NCBI GenBank assembly: GCA_003971905.1
Contig: RSEE01000022.1
Coordinates: 372,001-436,000 of the forward strand
Source: Moniliella sp. 'wahieum'
Taxonomy: Eukaryota
Length of the DNA: 64,000 bases
Direction of reading: 5' to 3'
Shown: in pieces, positions 22,039 to 35,882 of the stretch
How positions within the stretch are numbered: position 1 is the stretch's first letter
How the letters are laid out: every line of letters begins with the position of its first letter
The notes under the pieces: generated by a model
Seen by the model: only the letters and a program-made list of their open reading frames with translations
What the model was told of the DNA's origin: nothing
Database searches by the model: none
Program-made: the position numbers and the translations under genes

Positions 22039-25000
22039 ATGGAGCCCGCTGCAACCGACCGCGCGGCGGCCGCAGCGCGTGCCCGCAAGCAGCTTGCCAA
22101 GCGCCGCAAGGCCGCCCATGCTGCCTCCGCTGTCGCCCCCGTGTCCGAATCGGCCGAGCCCAGCGCCCCGCCCAGTTCGCTGCGCCTCCTTCCGCCCCCC
22201 GCGTGGCCCGCCGCGTGGCCCCCCGCACCTGTCTCCCGACCCAGCTCCGGAGCGACTGCTCCAGAACCCGCTCCCCTGCTCCCGTCGCTGCGCTCTTGCG
22301 CCCCCTTCGAATCCTGCCCCACGCCGGGCCACGCGCGCACCGCCTCAGCTGTCCCCACCGCCGGTCTCGTTCCACCTGCCCCGCTGGCAGCGCCTGCGGC
22401 CACGCGCTCCAACCGTCTGTCTGGGTTTTTCTCTGCTATGGGCAGCATCGCCACCGACGTTGCTGCCGATGTCGCCCATTCGCTGCTCCGGCCGCCCAGC
22501 CGAAGATGCCAAGCCACCCCCCGCTTCTGCGCCGGCGCCCCCCGCCGATTCACCGGCCAAGGCGTTGCCTGCTCTTCAAACGGGGGGACGTGAGCTCTCT
22601 CTTTGGACAAGCCCCTGGCATGACCTCGCTCAGTCTGCTGGAAGCGCTTCCTTCTTTGGATCTGCCGCTCCGTCAGCTAATCCCCCTGTTGGCTCTCCTT
22701 CAAAACATCTTGAAAATGACCCCGAACCCCCTACTTCCATTGCGCCGGCGTCAAGCGAGATTCCAGAGGAGAATCCGGCTTCTGGGAATGAGCCAGCTCC
22801 ATCTCAAGAGGAAGGGCAGGTTCAGCCGTCCGAGGAAGAGGTGCAGTACGCGCCGGTCCAGTATGACGAGCAAGGAAACGCGTACGATGCTAATGGCCAA
22901 CCTCTTGCCATTGAGTACGACGAGCAGGGTCAGCCCTTTTACCCCTACGTGCAGTACGACGAGGAAGGGCAGGCATATGCACCTATCTATGCTCTGGCCG
23001 AGCCTGCCCCCGAGCCTGAGTACTACCCTGTCCAGTTTGATGAACAGGGTCTGGCGTACGATTACGAAGGCCAACCTCTCCCAATGGAGTACGACGAGCA
23101 GGGACAAGGATTTTACCCCCAGATCCAGTACGATGAGCAAGGGCAGGCCTTTTATCCCCATGTCCGCTATGATTACCCCCTGCAGTCTGGCGAAAACGGT
23201 ATGGCATACGATGCCAATAGCCAGGGTTTGGACCCCAACGGGCATACCAGCAGGAGGGCAGTATGCGGATACGTATGGCGAAACCGCCGTCACGGCTGAG
23301 TCCGAGGATGTTCCTCAAAGCCAGGTGGATTCCGCGCAGGTCAATGATGCGTTTGTTCAAGAGGACACCTGAACCCGGAGGGATTTGAGGCAGCGCCGTA
23401 TGAAGAGGGACACAACTTGGCCCAGGTGGATACGCCCCCAACAGATGGACATGGCCTCTCCCCTGTTCCAGAGAATGGGGTGCCTGGTGAGGAGCAGCTA
23501 CCGGAGCCGCCCACGGAGCAGGATCCCAGTACACTCTTTGCCCCCCCACCACAAATGGCTGGCACGAGAACGATCCCAACACCGCCTTGCTTCCCACAGA
23601 AGCGGGACCTCCCTCGGTTCAAGACGCAACCGCACTTGAACCGGCAGGCGAAGTAGTCCAAGTCCCCAGTTCCCTCTTTGGCCCACCGGAGCAAACCTAC
23701 GAGCTGAACGATTTGTCTGGCGCCCATGCGTCGGATAACACGTCTGCTCCGACAAAGGAACAGAATGTACCTCCTTCTGCGGCGGAGCCAAGTCAGGATG
23801 TGGCTGGGCCTGAATCACAGACTCTTCTCCAGCCCGAACCTGAACTGACTCCAACCGCGCAAGAAGAGCCCCAGGCGGATCCCCAGGCTAGCGACCTTTT
23901 TGGAGCCAATACGCAAGAGCAATCCTCGTGGCTGGCTGATTCAACAGATTCTCCCTCTTCCTGAACAAGCCCAATGACGGGGGTTTGGTGCCTTTTGCTG
24001 CCCCGAAGGAGACGGAGCCTGCGGTAGTCTCCGATCCCAGTTCCCTGTCCCAGGTTTCACAACCGGCAACAGAGCCAGCCAAGCCCGCAGCTGAGCCCGA
24101 GTCGAACCTCGTCTAAGTCTCCACCGGCAGGCGTCCAAAGTCACACGTCCATGCCCAGTGGTGATGTCAGTTCGCTGTTTGCCTCGGGGGCGACTTGTTC
24201 GCCCCCCAGGGAGCCAGCAAGCCTTCATGGCCGTCGCCTCCAGCGAAACCGTTCCAAGGCCCGTCTGATGCACATGTCCAGGCCCCGCAAGCGTTACTCT
24301 CCCCGCCCGTGCCGGAGCCGCAGGCATCGCAAGAAGAACCTCCTGCGGCAGCTGATCTGTTTGGCTCTGGATCTTTCACGTTGTCTCCTGCGGAGCCGGC
24401 CCAATCTGTGAAACAGTCTACTTCTCCTTCTCTGAATGCTCTACAGCCAACGCGGTCCGTGGTGCCACCGCCGTCCTTGGTTCATGAGGAGCCTTCTGTT
24501 GCCGGTACTACTGAACCCCCCCACAAGGAGGGCACGGATGTTGCTGCGCAGTTGGCTGAGGCGCAGTCCCAGCTGGCCGACCTGCAGACTCAGTTGCCAT
24601 CAGGCGCAACTTGCTGCCGATGCGGACAACAAAGTGGCTCAGGCGCAACAAGAACGAGACGAGGCGCGAGACGAGTTGGTGCGGATCAAAGAAGCACAGC
24701 AGACTGAACTTGTCACGGCGAGCACGACTGCCACCCAGCGGGCCCAGCAGGATCTGGACCAGATCAAGGCGCAACTTGTTTCCGTCGAGGGTGAACGGGA
24801 CTCGGCTCGGGCCGAGTTGGCCTGCGTCAGCCAAGGTGGTTGAGTTGAGTGCGGCAGGCGCCCAGGCCGAAGCAGTCCATGCGACGACGACTACCGAGCT
24901 GAGCAGTCTTTGGCCCGCCATGCAGAGTTGGAATCCGCCTTGGCTGAGACCCAGGACCGCTTGACGCGTACCGAAGCCGATCTAAGTTTGTCTCGGGAAA

Positions 25001-26150
25001 AAATTGCGGGCCTTGAAGCCCAAGTCGAGTCGCTCACCTCATCCCAGACCCAATTGCAATCTCAAGCTGATGCTGGCGCTGAGAAGGGGGACTTGCTCAA
25101 TGAAACGCAAGCTCAGGTGGACCAGCTACGCGCCGAGTTGCAGAATGTCCGGGACAAGCTGGCTGCTGCTGAGGCTGAGACGGAGGAACATCGCGTTGCG
25201 ACAAAGAAGGCGACGGAGCAGTTGGAAGCGCTTGTTGCGTCCCATGCTCAGGACAAGCAAGAGTGGGCAAGCAAGGAAGCCTCCTATGCCGAGGACCTCA
25301 AGCTGCACCTCAACCGTCTTACCCAGGCCGAGAAGGAGGCGGAAGAGCACAAGGCACGTGCCACCCAAGTGGAACAGGACATGGCTGAGCAGACGCGCCT
25401 TGCCCTGGAGAAGGCACAGGGGGAGGCGCCCAGCGTCACGATGCCCGATGTGGCGGCGCAGCTAGCCGAGGCCAAAGCACTGGCCGAGGATCGCGCACTC
25501 TTGGTTGCTCAACTGCAGCAGGAACTGGAGGGAGAGGGCCAGCAGCGTCAAGAGCGAGAGGAGGCGCATGCCGCCGCTTTGGCTCAGGCACAGGCAGACA
25601 CTGAGGAGGCACAGCAGGAAATGCAAGAGCTGCGCGATCGTCTGGCCGAGCTGGAGATGGACGATGTGCGGGCCGAGATGGAGGAGATGGTGGAGGACCA
25701 TAAGCGAGCGCTGCAAGTGGCCGAGGCGGAGATCGAGCAGCTCCAGGTGGCTTTGCGTGCTGAACGCGAGCGCGAGCGTGTCCGTGACGCTCCTTTCGCT
25801 CCTGAGGTTCGCCCCCACCACCGAGGAGCGCAACAGCCTCCCCCGCTGCTGGGCGCGGGGTAGGCCCGCTGCCCAAACAGCGCCGGGGGCTGCATGCCAT
25901 CACCGACCCCGTCGACCTCTCGGCGAAACAACGCCATCGGCGGGCCGAGAGCCTAAGTATGCTGAAGGCGCGCATTGGTGAAGAGGCACCGTTGACGGTG
26001 CCCGCTGTGACACTATCGCCGCCGGCTGGCGAGCCCAAGGGCAGCACCCTTGTTACGCCTTCTACCCTTGCTATGGCTCCAGGTTCGGTGTCTGGGGCGG
26101 ACGCATTCCACTACTGCAGCGCATGTGTGGGCGATCTGATCATCGTCTAG
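22039..26150 (+). CDS. Large acidic, golgin-like coiled-coil protein with a YDEQG repeat block (frameshifted)
   Basis: N-terminal DRAAAAARARKQLAKRRK, YDExGQ repeats, long E/Q/A heptad region at 24540-25780, C-terminal CSACVGDLIIV; GM130/Bug1-like architecture is an inference. Confidence 0.65.
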
Positions 26151-26398
26151 CCTCCTCGATCTTTCACGTATCCAAAAGCCTTGAAAAGGATGAGAGTAAC
26201 CAATGCCGCGGTACTGTCGGACATAGACAGAGCAGGCCCGCGGGATGACTGGCACAGAGATTCATAGCTGGTGGGGGAGGGGGGAGGGCAGGGGACTAAC
26301 AAGAGACAGGCAAAACTGGGTCACGGCCTTTGTCGCGGGTGCCACTTATATACGTCGATGGAGATACGCCATTGATTGAACGGTACGGTTCACGCTGT

Positions 26399-29300
26399 TC
26401 ACTTCAGACGATCGTGGATTTGGCGCAGGGCATCGTATGCAGCTTGCCGCCGATGGCGCTGGCCCGCTTGCTTCTGCATTGCACTTGCCTGCTCCTGCGC
26501 AAGGACAAGCAGAGGAAGGGCAAGCCGCGGCAGCGGCGCAGTGAATACCGAAGGAGCCGCTGGCAAGGCCAGGACGAAAGCTTGTAAAGAAACACAAGCT
26601 GGCTGCCAGGCACATACTCCGTTCCCGTACCCTGCGCCTCGCCCGACTCGGGGGCAGGGCATTGGCGGGACGGATATGATGGTAGGACATGTGCATGTTT
26701 CGGATCCGTCCAAGTGTGTCGGGGTCGTCTTGAAGTTGGCCAAGGGGGAAATAGTGGGTGATGAAGAGCGTCATGGGGCAACGCTCGGGTGGGAGGGTCA
26801 TCAGGTACTTCAATGTAGCATATGCAATCGCCATGCCATCATCCGTACTGGTCCCCCGTCCCAACTCGTCCATTACCACGAGAACGGTTGGTCGAGGTTC
26901 GCAAGATTTCACCCGTTTCCTCCAGTTCCGTTTGGAATGTACTGCGCCCAGCCGCCAAGTCGTCCGACGCGCCCATCCTGGTGAGAATGGAGTCAAAGAG
27001 CGAAATCTCAGCTCCTTCAGCAGGAACGGCCGCACCAACCTGGGCTAAGAGCACACACAGTGCCATCGCCCGCACGGTGCTGGATTTCCCTCCCATGTTG
27101 GAGCCAGTAATGAGAAGTGCCTTCGTTCCTTCTCCCTCCACGGCATCCGACCCACCTGACCCTCCTCCCAGTTCAATTGAGTTCGGAACATAGTCATCAT
27201 CCATCAGTACCGCGCTCATGGGATGTCGGAAATTCTTGAGGCGCAAGGTGCTCGGCTGCTCCTCAGTGGAGGGAACCATCGTCGGGCGCGACCACCGGGC
27301 AAGGAGGCAAGGGGGCTAAACTAGACAATGCATCGAGGCGGGCCAAAGCCTGGACCGAGTCGCGAAGAGCGACAAAGGTCTCAGCGTTACCGGTCAAGTC
27401 GTTAACAAAGAGCTTGTATGCTGTATTGGCCTGGTCGGCAAGCGTCTCCTTGAGCTGGTTGCGAGTTTGAAGGAGTTCGAGGATCCGAGGTGTTTGGAAT
27501 CGCACCACTTTGGTCGTTCCATTGATGCGAGACCAAGATGCCGGTACACGGCTGACGTTGGCTTTGGTCACCTCAATGAGAAACTCCTTGTCGGCACAAG
27601 TCGCATACTGTAAGTTGGGGCGCTTAAGCATTGTCCGCAACTCCTTCAAGTGGTTGTCAAGATCCTTTTCGTTGACCTGGATCAAGGCTTGCGTCTCGAT
27701 CAGCTCCTCTCGCCAATCTCGGCCATTACTGCGGGAATTTGATCCAAATCAAAAAGACCGACCTTGTCAGACTTCAAAGCGGCCGGCACCTTAATGGCTT
27801 TCAGCGCTCTGTCCAGTACGTGGAGTGGCTTCGAGAGTTGTAGGATACTCTCCTTCAGTAGGGGCGTTGAAAGGGGCACCTCACCAGGCGAAGTAAATGA
27901 AAACTGGGTCGCGACCCGATGCAAAGCCAGAAGCAGTCGCGCCAGTTCTGCCGGTGGGCACGCCCATAGCTCACTCGGGCCAGGCCCTTCTCCAAGTCTG
28001 GCAAGCCGGAAAGAAGGCCAAGAGCGGTAGACAAGGTTGCGCTGCTGCTCATCTTGTCGGCCACTTCCTGCACTGCATCCGCACGTGCTTCCAACTCAAA
28101 TATATCACAGAGTGGACGGGAGAGCCATTCGCGAAGTCGCCGCTTGCCCATCCCCGACCGGCAGCGATCTACCAACCAGATCAGGGACCCTCGGATCCGA
28201 CTGGCCTTGGTCAAACCACTTGCTGAGCTCTCTAGCACTTCGAGATTGGTGAGCGTGCCAGATGTTAAAAGCATGGTGGTACGATCAGCAAAGCTGCGCA
28301 CACGGAACGCACGCTGGAAGAGAGCGTTCAACCCAAAGGATTGAAGATGCTCGATACTCGCCGCTAAACTTTGGACCGTCAGACGAGGCAGGCCATGCAC
28401 AACCGCCGCTCCCTCGCCCACTTTCTCGCCGCTCCCTTCCCGGACGAGATCGTATCCGTCGCAAGGTTAAGGCCGCATTGTATTCCGGCACTGACCGCAT
28501 CCGTTCCACGCGCACAACTTGCCCATCCGATGTTCCGCGAGATGCATAATACTTCAACACCTGCTCAGTGCGATGAGTGAGCGTGGGTGGAAGAAGGAGT
28601 TCCAAGGGACTGAAGTGGGCGAGACGCGTGTCAAGCTCCGAACGAAGGCCCGCATCGTCAAACTCGTCCCACACAATGTCTCCGGTCGAGACAAAGCTGG
28701 CCACAATGCCAATTCTCGTCTTCTCGGCATCCCCTTCCCCCTCGATGGGGCGCTCCACAATCGCTACTAGCTGTGGTGGGTGGCGTTGCTCATGGGCTGG
28801 GCCTCAGTCGACGTCTTAGCACCGTTCTCATCGAAGTTCATGTCATCCACCCAGGTACTGGCGGTGTAGACCGCAGTCACGTCGCGCTCGAACAACTTCG
28901 ACGCATTGGAGGAGGCCCTTGAGCGCCCTCGTCTCCAATTGGGTGACAACCCCCACCTTCAGTCCAGCATGAATCAAGGTACGAATGGACCAGCAACTTA
29001 GACGGGCTGACTACCGCCGATGTCATGTTGCGGTCAGTGAAGCATGCCTGGACATCGGACACACATGTCAGGCACAAGTCGAGCAAGCAAAGTACACACA
29101 CACATACCACATTGAGCAACCGACTTGCCACCTTGGCGTCCTCGCCAAAGAATTTGTAGCGGTAGCCAAGTTCGACCATCAAGACGACGCCTGGGTACCG
29201 CCTCTTCAGATCGAGGATCTGTTCCTCCAACTCAGTATAGGGCAGGCCAGAAGGACCAATCGCTTTAGCAGCTTTGGCAGTTTTAGCCTTAGTCTTGCCC

Positions 29301-29914
29301 TGTGAGGGGGCACTTTTGAAGTTGCCTTTCCACGTGCGGGTGTCGCGGCGAACCGGGCGAAGTTCGAGGAGGAGGCCACAGGGGCATCCTCGTCGCTCAG
29401 CTCAGCGGTGTCCCCCTTGTGCCGTTTGGGGGGGTTCAACTCATCATCGGGGGACGAGGCGGCACGCTTAACTCCACTTGACCAGCCTGTTCTTCTTCGG
29501 CGTCGGGGAGAAAAAGGGGTTCTTGGGGCTGACGCACGCCGTTGTCGCCAGCGAATCCGATCATCCGGTGGCGGATCTTGTCACGCTTAGCTTGGTCTTG
29601 CGCTGAGAGGGAGATGGCATCGGGCTGAGCAGCATCCTCAGAGGAAAAGCGGGCGAGGCGGGCGGAAGAAGCAGATGAAGAAGCAGCCGTACGCTGGGAG
29701 GTGTTGGCGCTGGTTTTGGGTCTGGCGCTAGCGTTGGCCATGGAGGGGGGATCTGGGCGTGGGGGGCGAGGGGGAACGGCAGGCGCAGCGGTTGGGCACT
29801 CATCGCCAGACGAAGTGTCATCGACCAGGACGGTCGACGGCCTTGCTGGCGCACTTGCTGAAGCCCCGGCTGGCGAGGAGCGGGGCGCCCAAAGAAGGAC
29901 TCGAGCGAGCGCAT
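26399..29914 (-). CDS. MSH3: DNA mismatch repair protein MutS homolog 3 (frameshifted, with intron)
   Basis: N-terminal PIP-like SLESFF; LEEQILDLKRRYPGVVLMVELGYRYKFFGEDA (MSH3-type mismatch domain); ITGSNMGGKS, RMGASDDL..GRSTF, MDELGRGTST, TLFITHY. Confidence 0.93.
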
Positions 29915-30369
29915 CGTCGCGCTGGCGGGAGCGCGGGCGTGGCGGAGAGGTGCGACAGCCGAGGACGAGCGACGTGTTCGGCGTGTTCTGGCCCCAACCC
30001 AACACGAAGCAACGCGCCGCTGCCCGCTTCCCGCCGCCCAAATTGAAACGTAATAGGGGGACTCTGAAAGCTGAATGGGGCTTTTGGCAGCGCACGTTTT
30101 GCACCGAGTAGATGGATCACTCGCAAAGCTGCCTCGACGGCCCATCAAGTGCGCCTTCCCCTCGTCGCACTGCTGGCCGCGCCACATGTGGCACCATTCA
30201 CCATCCACTATCTTCAGTCTCCATGCGCACCATCATCACCCAGTCGGCAGTATGCATTGCCACATTAGGACACACACGTAATTGTTGTGCAAATACTCGG
30301 TATGCTGTGCTCATCGCCAAATTCGAGAGGTGACCGGGCTGCGTTGTGCATCGTGGCGACCTCTCCTAG

Positions 30370-31374
30370 CTATAGCTTGACCCCTTCAAATACCGAGATG
30401 CCATCCTTGTCAAAGTGTAACACAGCCTGCTCATCCTCCATCCACACCGTGTCGCCTTTGGTCTCGCGCGAGGGCGGGCATCGTCGCTCCAATCGCCGTT
30501 GCCACGCTCGGTCGGGTTGTCAGGCAAGTGGTCAAAGTCCCAATTGCGTTCCACACCCTGGCTTAGGTGGTGAGCCGAGCCGTTGAGCAGCAAACGTACC
30601 GCGATCCAGCAGTCGAGGGTGTAGTAATGGGCGCCTCGGGTCCGACAAGCTCGAGAGCGTACTGGCCTCGAGCGGGACGTACAGAGATAACGATGCAGTA
30701 CCTGCGCCCACCGAGAACCCCGACCACCTGGGCCCATGTCCTGGTCCAAATGGCGCGACCAAGCGCAATAATTGGGGCGGCATGGCAGCAAATCAGCACT
30801 CGCTTGATTCCAAGTTTCTCACACCGGGATTCCAGCAATTGGAAGACACGCTTCATCCGAGTGTACAGCTGCTCAGTTGACTCACCCAACGGAGATGCAT
30901 ACAGTAGCGGCGTCCATTCATGGCTCAACGTCCCGGGCGGGAAAAGATCCTCCACATCTTCAATGCGAGGCGGGAAAGGGTGATGCCCCGACTCGGGTGG
31001 GAAGGCTGGCGGGTACCACTCGGCTAAACCAGGCTCAGGCATGATGGGCATCTTAAGTTTCTGGGCGGTAGGGAAAGCAGTTTGCAGGCAGCGATAATAA
31101 AGAGACGAAACGATCAGTTGCGGACGCTCCTGTTCAGGAAGAGACGCAAACCACTGTCCCATCTCCTCAGCTTGTTCCTGTGGGCGCACGATGAAGACGG
31201 AAAGGTAAGTTTAAGACCGAGGCTAGCATGGCCAATGCCAAATCATGGGGATTCGTACGCACAGTTCCATGGGCAGTGAGAACTGGATCACGGGGCGCCC
31301 GTGAGTGGGAAAAGCTCCTTTCCCTGCCAGTTCATTCGGAATCCATGGCGCGCAACGTAAACCCGATCCAACAT
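30370..31374 (-). CDS. Histidine phosphatase / phosphoglycerate mutase family protein (Tfc7/tau55-like)
   Basis: MLDRVYVARHGFRMNW (RHG motif), SSLYYRCLQTA, EPGLAEWY, LICCHAAPIIALGR, NGSAHHLSQGVERNWDF. Confidence 0.88.
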
Positions 31375-33608
31375 GATTAATGGCGGCCTTGGGATCGAGC
31401 TCGAGTGGTGGTGGGCTCGAACCCGCCCAGCCAACAAAAGCCAGGCTGATATACGACACCAATTCAAACAGCATCACGTGAAAGTGCAACCCTACCATGT
31501 AATGTACCGGCTCCCATGGAAGCGTTGAATCACAGATCACCGGAGGGGGGGGGGTGAGCAACCCTATGTGGCAAAACCACCCCATCCCTCTTGTGCTCTT
31601 AACTAAACACCTCTCCATACCTCCGTGTCGCTCTGAGTGCCTGGTTCGATGCTCAGGACTACTAGTCCAGAATGTGGCTTGTGAAGTTCACGGGGGAACG
31701 CATTCAATAATCAAGTGTTTTGGTTTGGAAGAGTCGACAAAAATAGTAGCCTCATCGAAAACAGAGAGAGAAAGAAATGCACCGTTTGATTTTTGTTACA
31801 GTCGGTACGTTCAACGTGCGCTGCATGTGTACAATCAAGCATGGGGCGTCCCATGCCCGGCACGTTCCACCCAGTGCATCGCATTTGAGGTACCACCGCT
31901 TTACCTTTGCCGGGAAGAGGGCATCTTACAAAGAAATCATGCGATTTGCAGAGCTTTTAAAACAGAGACCGGGGCAAAGAACCCCAGGCCCCGGCGCCTA
32001 TAGTACTAGGCTCGCTCATCTGTAGTGTGCTACAGGCTCGTTCTAATGCAACCAGGAAGGGATGATATGTGTATTATGGTTAGGTCAGACTGGACTCTCT
32101 GGCTCCTGTCATTCCCTTCCAAAGCGAATACAGCCCCAATGGATATAGGAATGAAAGTATGTATATAGGATCAGGAGACCTGTGCACGATACGAAAACCC
32201 ATCGACACCACTATTACCTTTTACGTCTCCCCAACCTTTTTGCCTTCTGGAGTATACATTTCCTCACGTTTACTTCTAGGTGTGGGTGTTGGGCACACCC
32301 TATCCTGTTCTTGCTCCTGAATTAAGAGTCATTTTTCTTCCGTCATTGGGGCTTAGCTGTTTACTCATACCCATGATATGGTTGTGTCAACAAGCCTGAA
32401 TCGAGCCCCCTACTTGGCGTGTTGGGGAAGTTATGTGCCTCAACGTGATTTTTGGTCATGGTAAGCACACGTGCCTGCATCGAAACGGTCCATTGGGCAG
32501 TAACAATTGTGGACCTTGTCCATGACCGTCAAGCAGTGCCCTTCTTCTATCATTCTATTCCTGAAGTACATATCGACAGAGAGCTGTGAGCGGTAATGCC
32601 TCCAGTACGCTGGCTGTGCTTCACTTCTGTCTTCAACGGTCCACCATCCGTGGCATGCTCTCCGGTATAGGAAAACGATTTGTAACTGCAGGCTTCTCCT
32701 CATAGAAATACTGCGCTGTTGTATATGCCCACGCCTCCCCGGACGCTTTACAAACGCACACACCAAACCTGGGCGGGCATCCGTTTTTCTCTCCCTCTCC
32801 CTCCTGATTGATGTGATCGTTCCTACGTGATTCGGCCATATGATAATTGATTGTTCTCCCCGAAGTTACTCTATTCGTCCCAATCTCTCGCCTGTTTCAT
32901 AGGTTTTTTTATGTTGGGCTACATAAACCGTGTGCAAAACCATAGTACCTCTGCAGCTGAGTGTTTTGCTTCTTCGTGCACAGACACTTCCATGTGGTGG
33001 CGCAGGAGGAGCGACCCAGACGCTGCGGCGCGCAATGAGCAGAACCGAGGTTACGAGTGGAGAGGGAGAGCAGATTGGTGGAGAGGAGACAGGAGGCCAC
33101 GGAGGAAGGGAGGACAGAGCGCGCGCAGCGCAGTTTACCTGTGCCACAGGTTCTGTGCTTTTGGGCCACCCAGCAGGCTAGGAATGTGCCCGTCGCCCAC
33201 CCCAGGACCGACGCAAGCCGGTACACTGCTCCTGTGCCAGTGTGTGATATGGTCAGTACCCATATGTAGCACCAATCACCGATTAGGCATACGCTCGATT
33301 ACGCTTACAGCTTACAGGCCAGATTGGCATCATGCATCGCACACCATGCATCATGCGTCGTATCGGCAGCACATCCCACAGAGCCGTGCTCTGCCGCGCC
33401 TCGGCATTCAGGTGCTCAGGTGTTCAGGCACGGTTATCGTCCCCGCTCCAAGCTTGAAGCTACAAGCTTCAAAGCTTCACCGGTCGCCCCACCCCATCAC
33501 CACATTTCCACCCCCATCTCCACCACCATCGCTACGGTCATTACGGGCACCGATACTGGGACGCACGTCTGAACTATGTTGATCACTACATCGCCTCCGC
33601 CCTCCCTA

Positions 33609-35187
33609 ATGTCGACCGGGACACCCTCCCGGTCTAGTGCGCTGGCCTCGCCCTTGACGATTGCCATCCATGGAGGTGCGGGGACAATCACGACCGACAT
33701 CCCTCCAGCCCTGCAGAGCGCTTATCGTGAGTGCCTACGCGTTTCTCTTCGGGCGGGATGGGCCGTATTGGAGGCAGGTGGGACATCGCTGGACGCGGTG
33801 TGCGCCTCTGTCAAGGTACTCGAAGACAGGTATGTCCTCGCCCGGCCACTGCCGTAGGCTATCCACTGACTTGAGCTTCGCTTCCCTAAGCTCATTGTTT
33901 AACGCGGCAAAAGGTGCAGTCTTCACCAAAGGGGGCAAGGTTGAGTGCGAGGCTAGTGTGATGGTCACAGGTCCCTTGCGTCCCGGGAAACCAGCTCCGG
34001 TTTGCCCTCGCTGATGCATGGAAATGCTTGGTTCGAGCGTGGCTGTCCGGCTAACGAGGCCCCCGTACCTCCCCAAAGGTGAGAAGGCTCGGCTAGCTGG
34101 CATGGACCCCGATCTGGCTGGTGATCAAGGATTTGAGACGTCGGGCATTCCCTCCACCCGCCGGTGCGCAGCAGCTACGTTGGTGACGCAGACCAAGAAC
34201 CCTATTCTCCTCGCTAGAACCCTCTACCTACTACCGGACGAGGCTCCTCATGCACTCTTGTCGGGTACCGAGGCCGAGAAGATTGGCTGGGGCCGGGGAC
34301 GGTCAAAGTGGACCCCAAATACTATTGGACGCGGAAACGTTGGCTCGAACACCGTCGCGGACTGGGTTTACCCGACGATGACGAGGAAGGCGATGGTCTG
34401 GATGTGCCGCCGGCGTACGCCCCCGATCCATTTACTGAGCCTCTTGCACCCCGCCCCGATGGTGACTTGGAACAGGACCATGACGTGCTCACTGCTTTCC
34501 AGGAAGAGAACGATTTTCTTGATCTGCCCAAAGGTACGGTGGGCGCTTGTGCCATCGATGCTGCTGGACGGCTGGCGGTGGCTACCAGCACGGGAGGCAA
34601 AACCAACAAGTCAGATGGACGTATTGGAGACACGCCGTCCGTTGGTGCCGGGTTTTGGGCCGAACGTTTCGCCTTCGAAAAGGCGGCGCAAAGCGAGGAG
34701 CCCGAGGAGTCATATAACTGCTGCTCTGTTCGTTGAACTTTTCCTTGGGTGATGGCAGCAAATCGGATGGGCTTTCCAACTACTCCAAGTCGGGTTCAAG
34801 CATCCCGTCGACCGGGGTCGCTCTGAGCGGCACAGGGGACGGCGATTATTTCTTGCGCGGGTCATTTGCTTCGCTGGTGGCTCACAGGATGCGTTTCCTG
34901 GGTGAATCAGCAGCTGTGGCGGGCAAAAAGCTGTGGATGAGCTAGGGTCTATTGATGGTACGTCTATCGCGATATGCGCGTACCCTTTGCATAATGTGGA
35001 TGACAACTTCGACTAACTGTGCATTGTCTTCTTTTCTTAAGGCGTCGGAGGGGCGATTGTGCTGGACCAAACTGGGCAAGTCACGTTCCCGATGAATTCC
35101 AACACAATGAACCGGGGAGTCATGACCAACACGAAGGGCCATGTTCGTCCGCGTGTTGCTCTCTTCCAGAACGAGTCCCTGGCCTGA
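33609..35187 (+). CDS. Asparaginase-2 / isoaspartyl peptidase (Ntn-hydrolase), with introns and frameshifts
   Basis: [12 protein letters not shown]...[23 protein letters not shown] (catalytic Thr), [21 protein letters not shown]. Confidence 0.92.
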
Positions 35188-35882
35188 AAATACTATACAT
35201 CTACGCCGCTATCACCTGGCGGTGTATCTGTCGGTGTGGGCCATGGGTATACATTTTGCTATGCGTATTGCTCATTGAATGTTACACAATGGTACGATCG
35301 GTCTCTTTTGCATTGTCGACAGCCGCGTTCGATACTGTGTCGTACTTATTGTTCATGTAGACAAGCAGATGGGCATCATGCGGAGCACGAGTATGATGGA
35401 GGGCGGTAAGGCCCCAGGGAAACAAAACAATAGCGTGAGATGTTATAGCTCAGAATACTTCTATGCGGTGCTGTGCTGTGCTATCTCGCTGCTTCGACTG
35501 TTATGCAGAGACGGTAGATGGACATAGCATGAGCGTGGACATGTTGCTGCTGAATTGGTGAGCGGCTTAGGAGACGATGAAGGCGAAACGGAATGGCAGG
35601 GAGTAGGCGCCATCTCCCCCAAACGGCGAAATGCGAGGACCTGCGGTGCGCACCGCGTTTCGCCATGCAATTATGCACGGCCACTAGTAGGAGACCATTG
35701 AAACTGTCTGCAGGCCTAGTCGCGATCACCGTTCACGCGTCACGGTCACTCGTCCTTGCCACTTGTCGCCTGCTGTGCGTCAGTACTAGTTTCATTTGGC
35801 TGGGGCTGGGCCAAATGACGCAAGCCACAACTATGAGGTTTTGAGCAGCTGCCACCATCTCCGGCATCGCTACGTCTCGGTG

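Noticed and set aside
21775..22610. Many overlapping ORFs on both strands
   Set aside because: A consequence of very high GC content and scarce stop codons; only the golgin-like frame is supported
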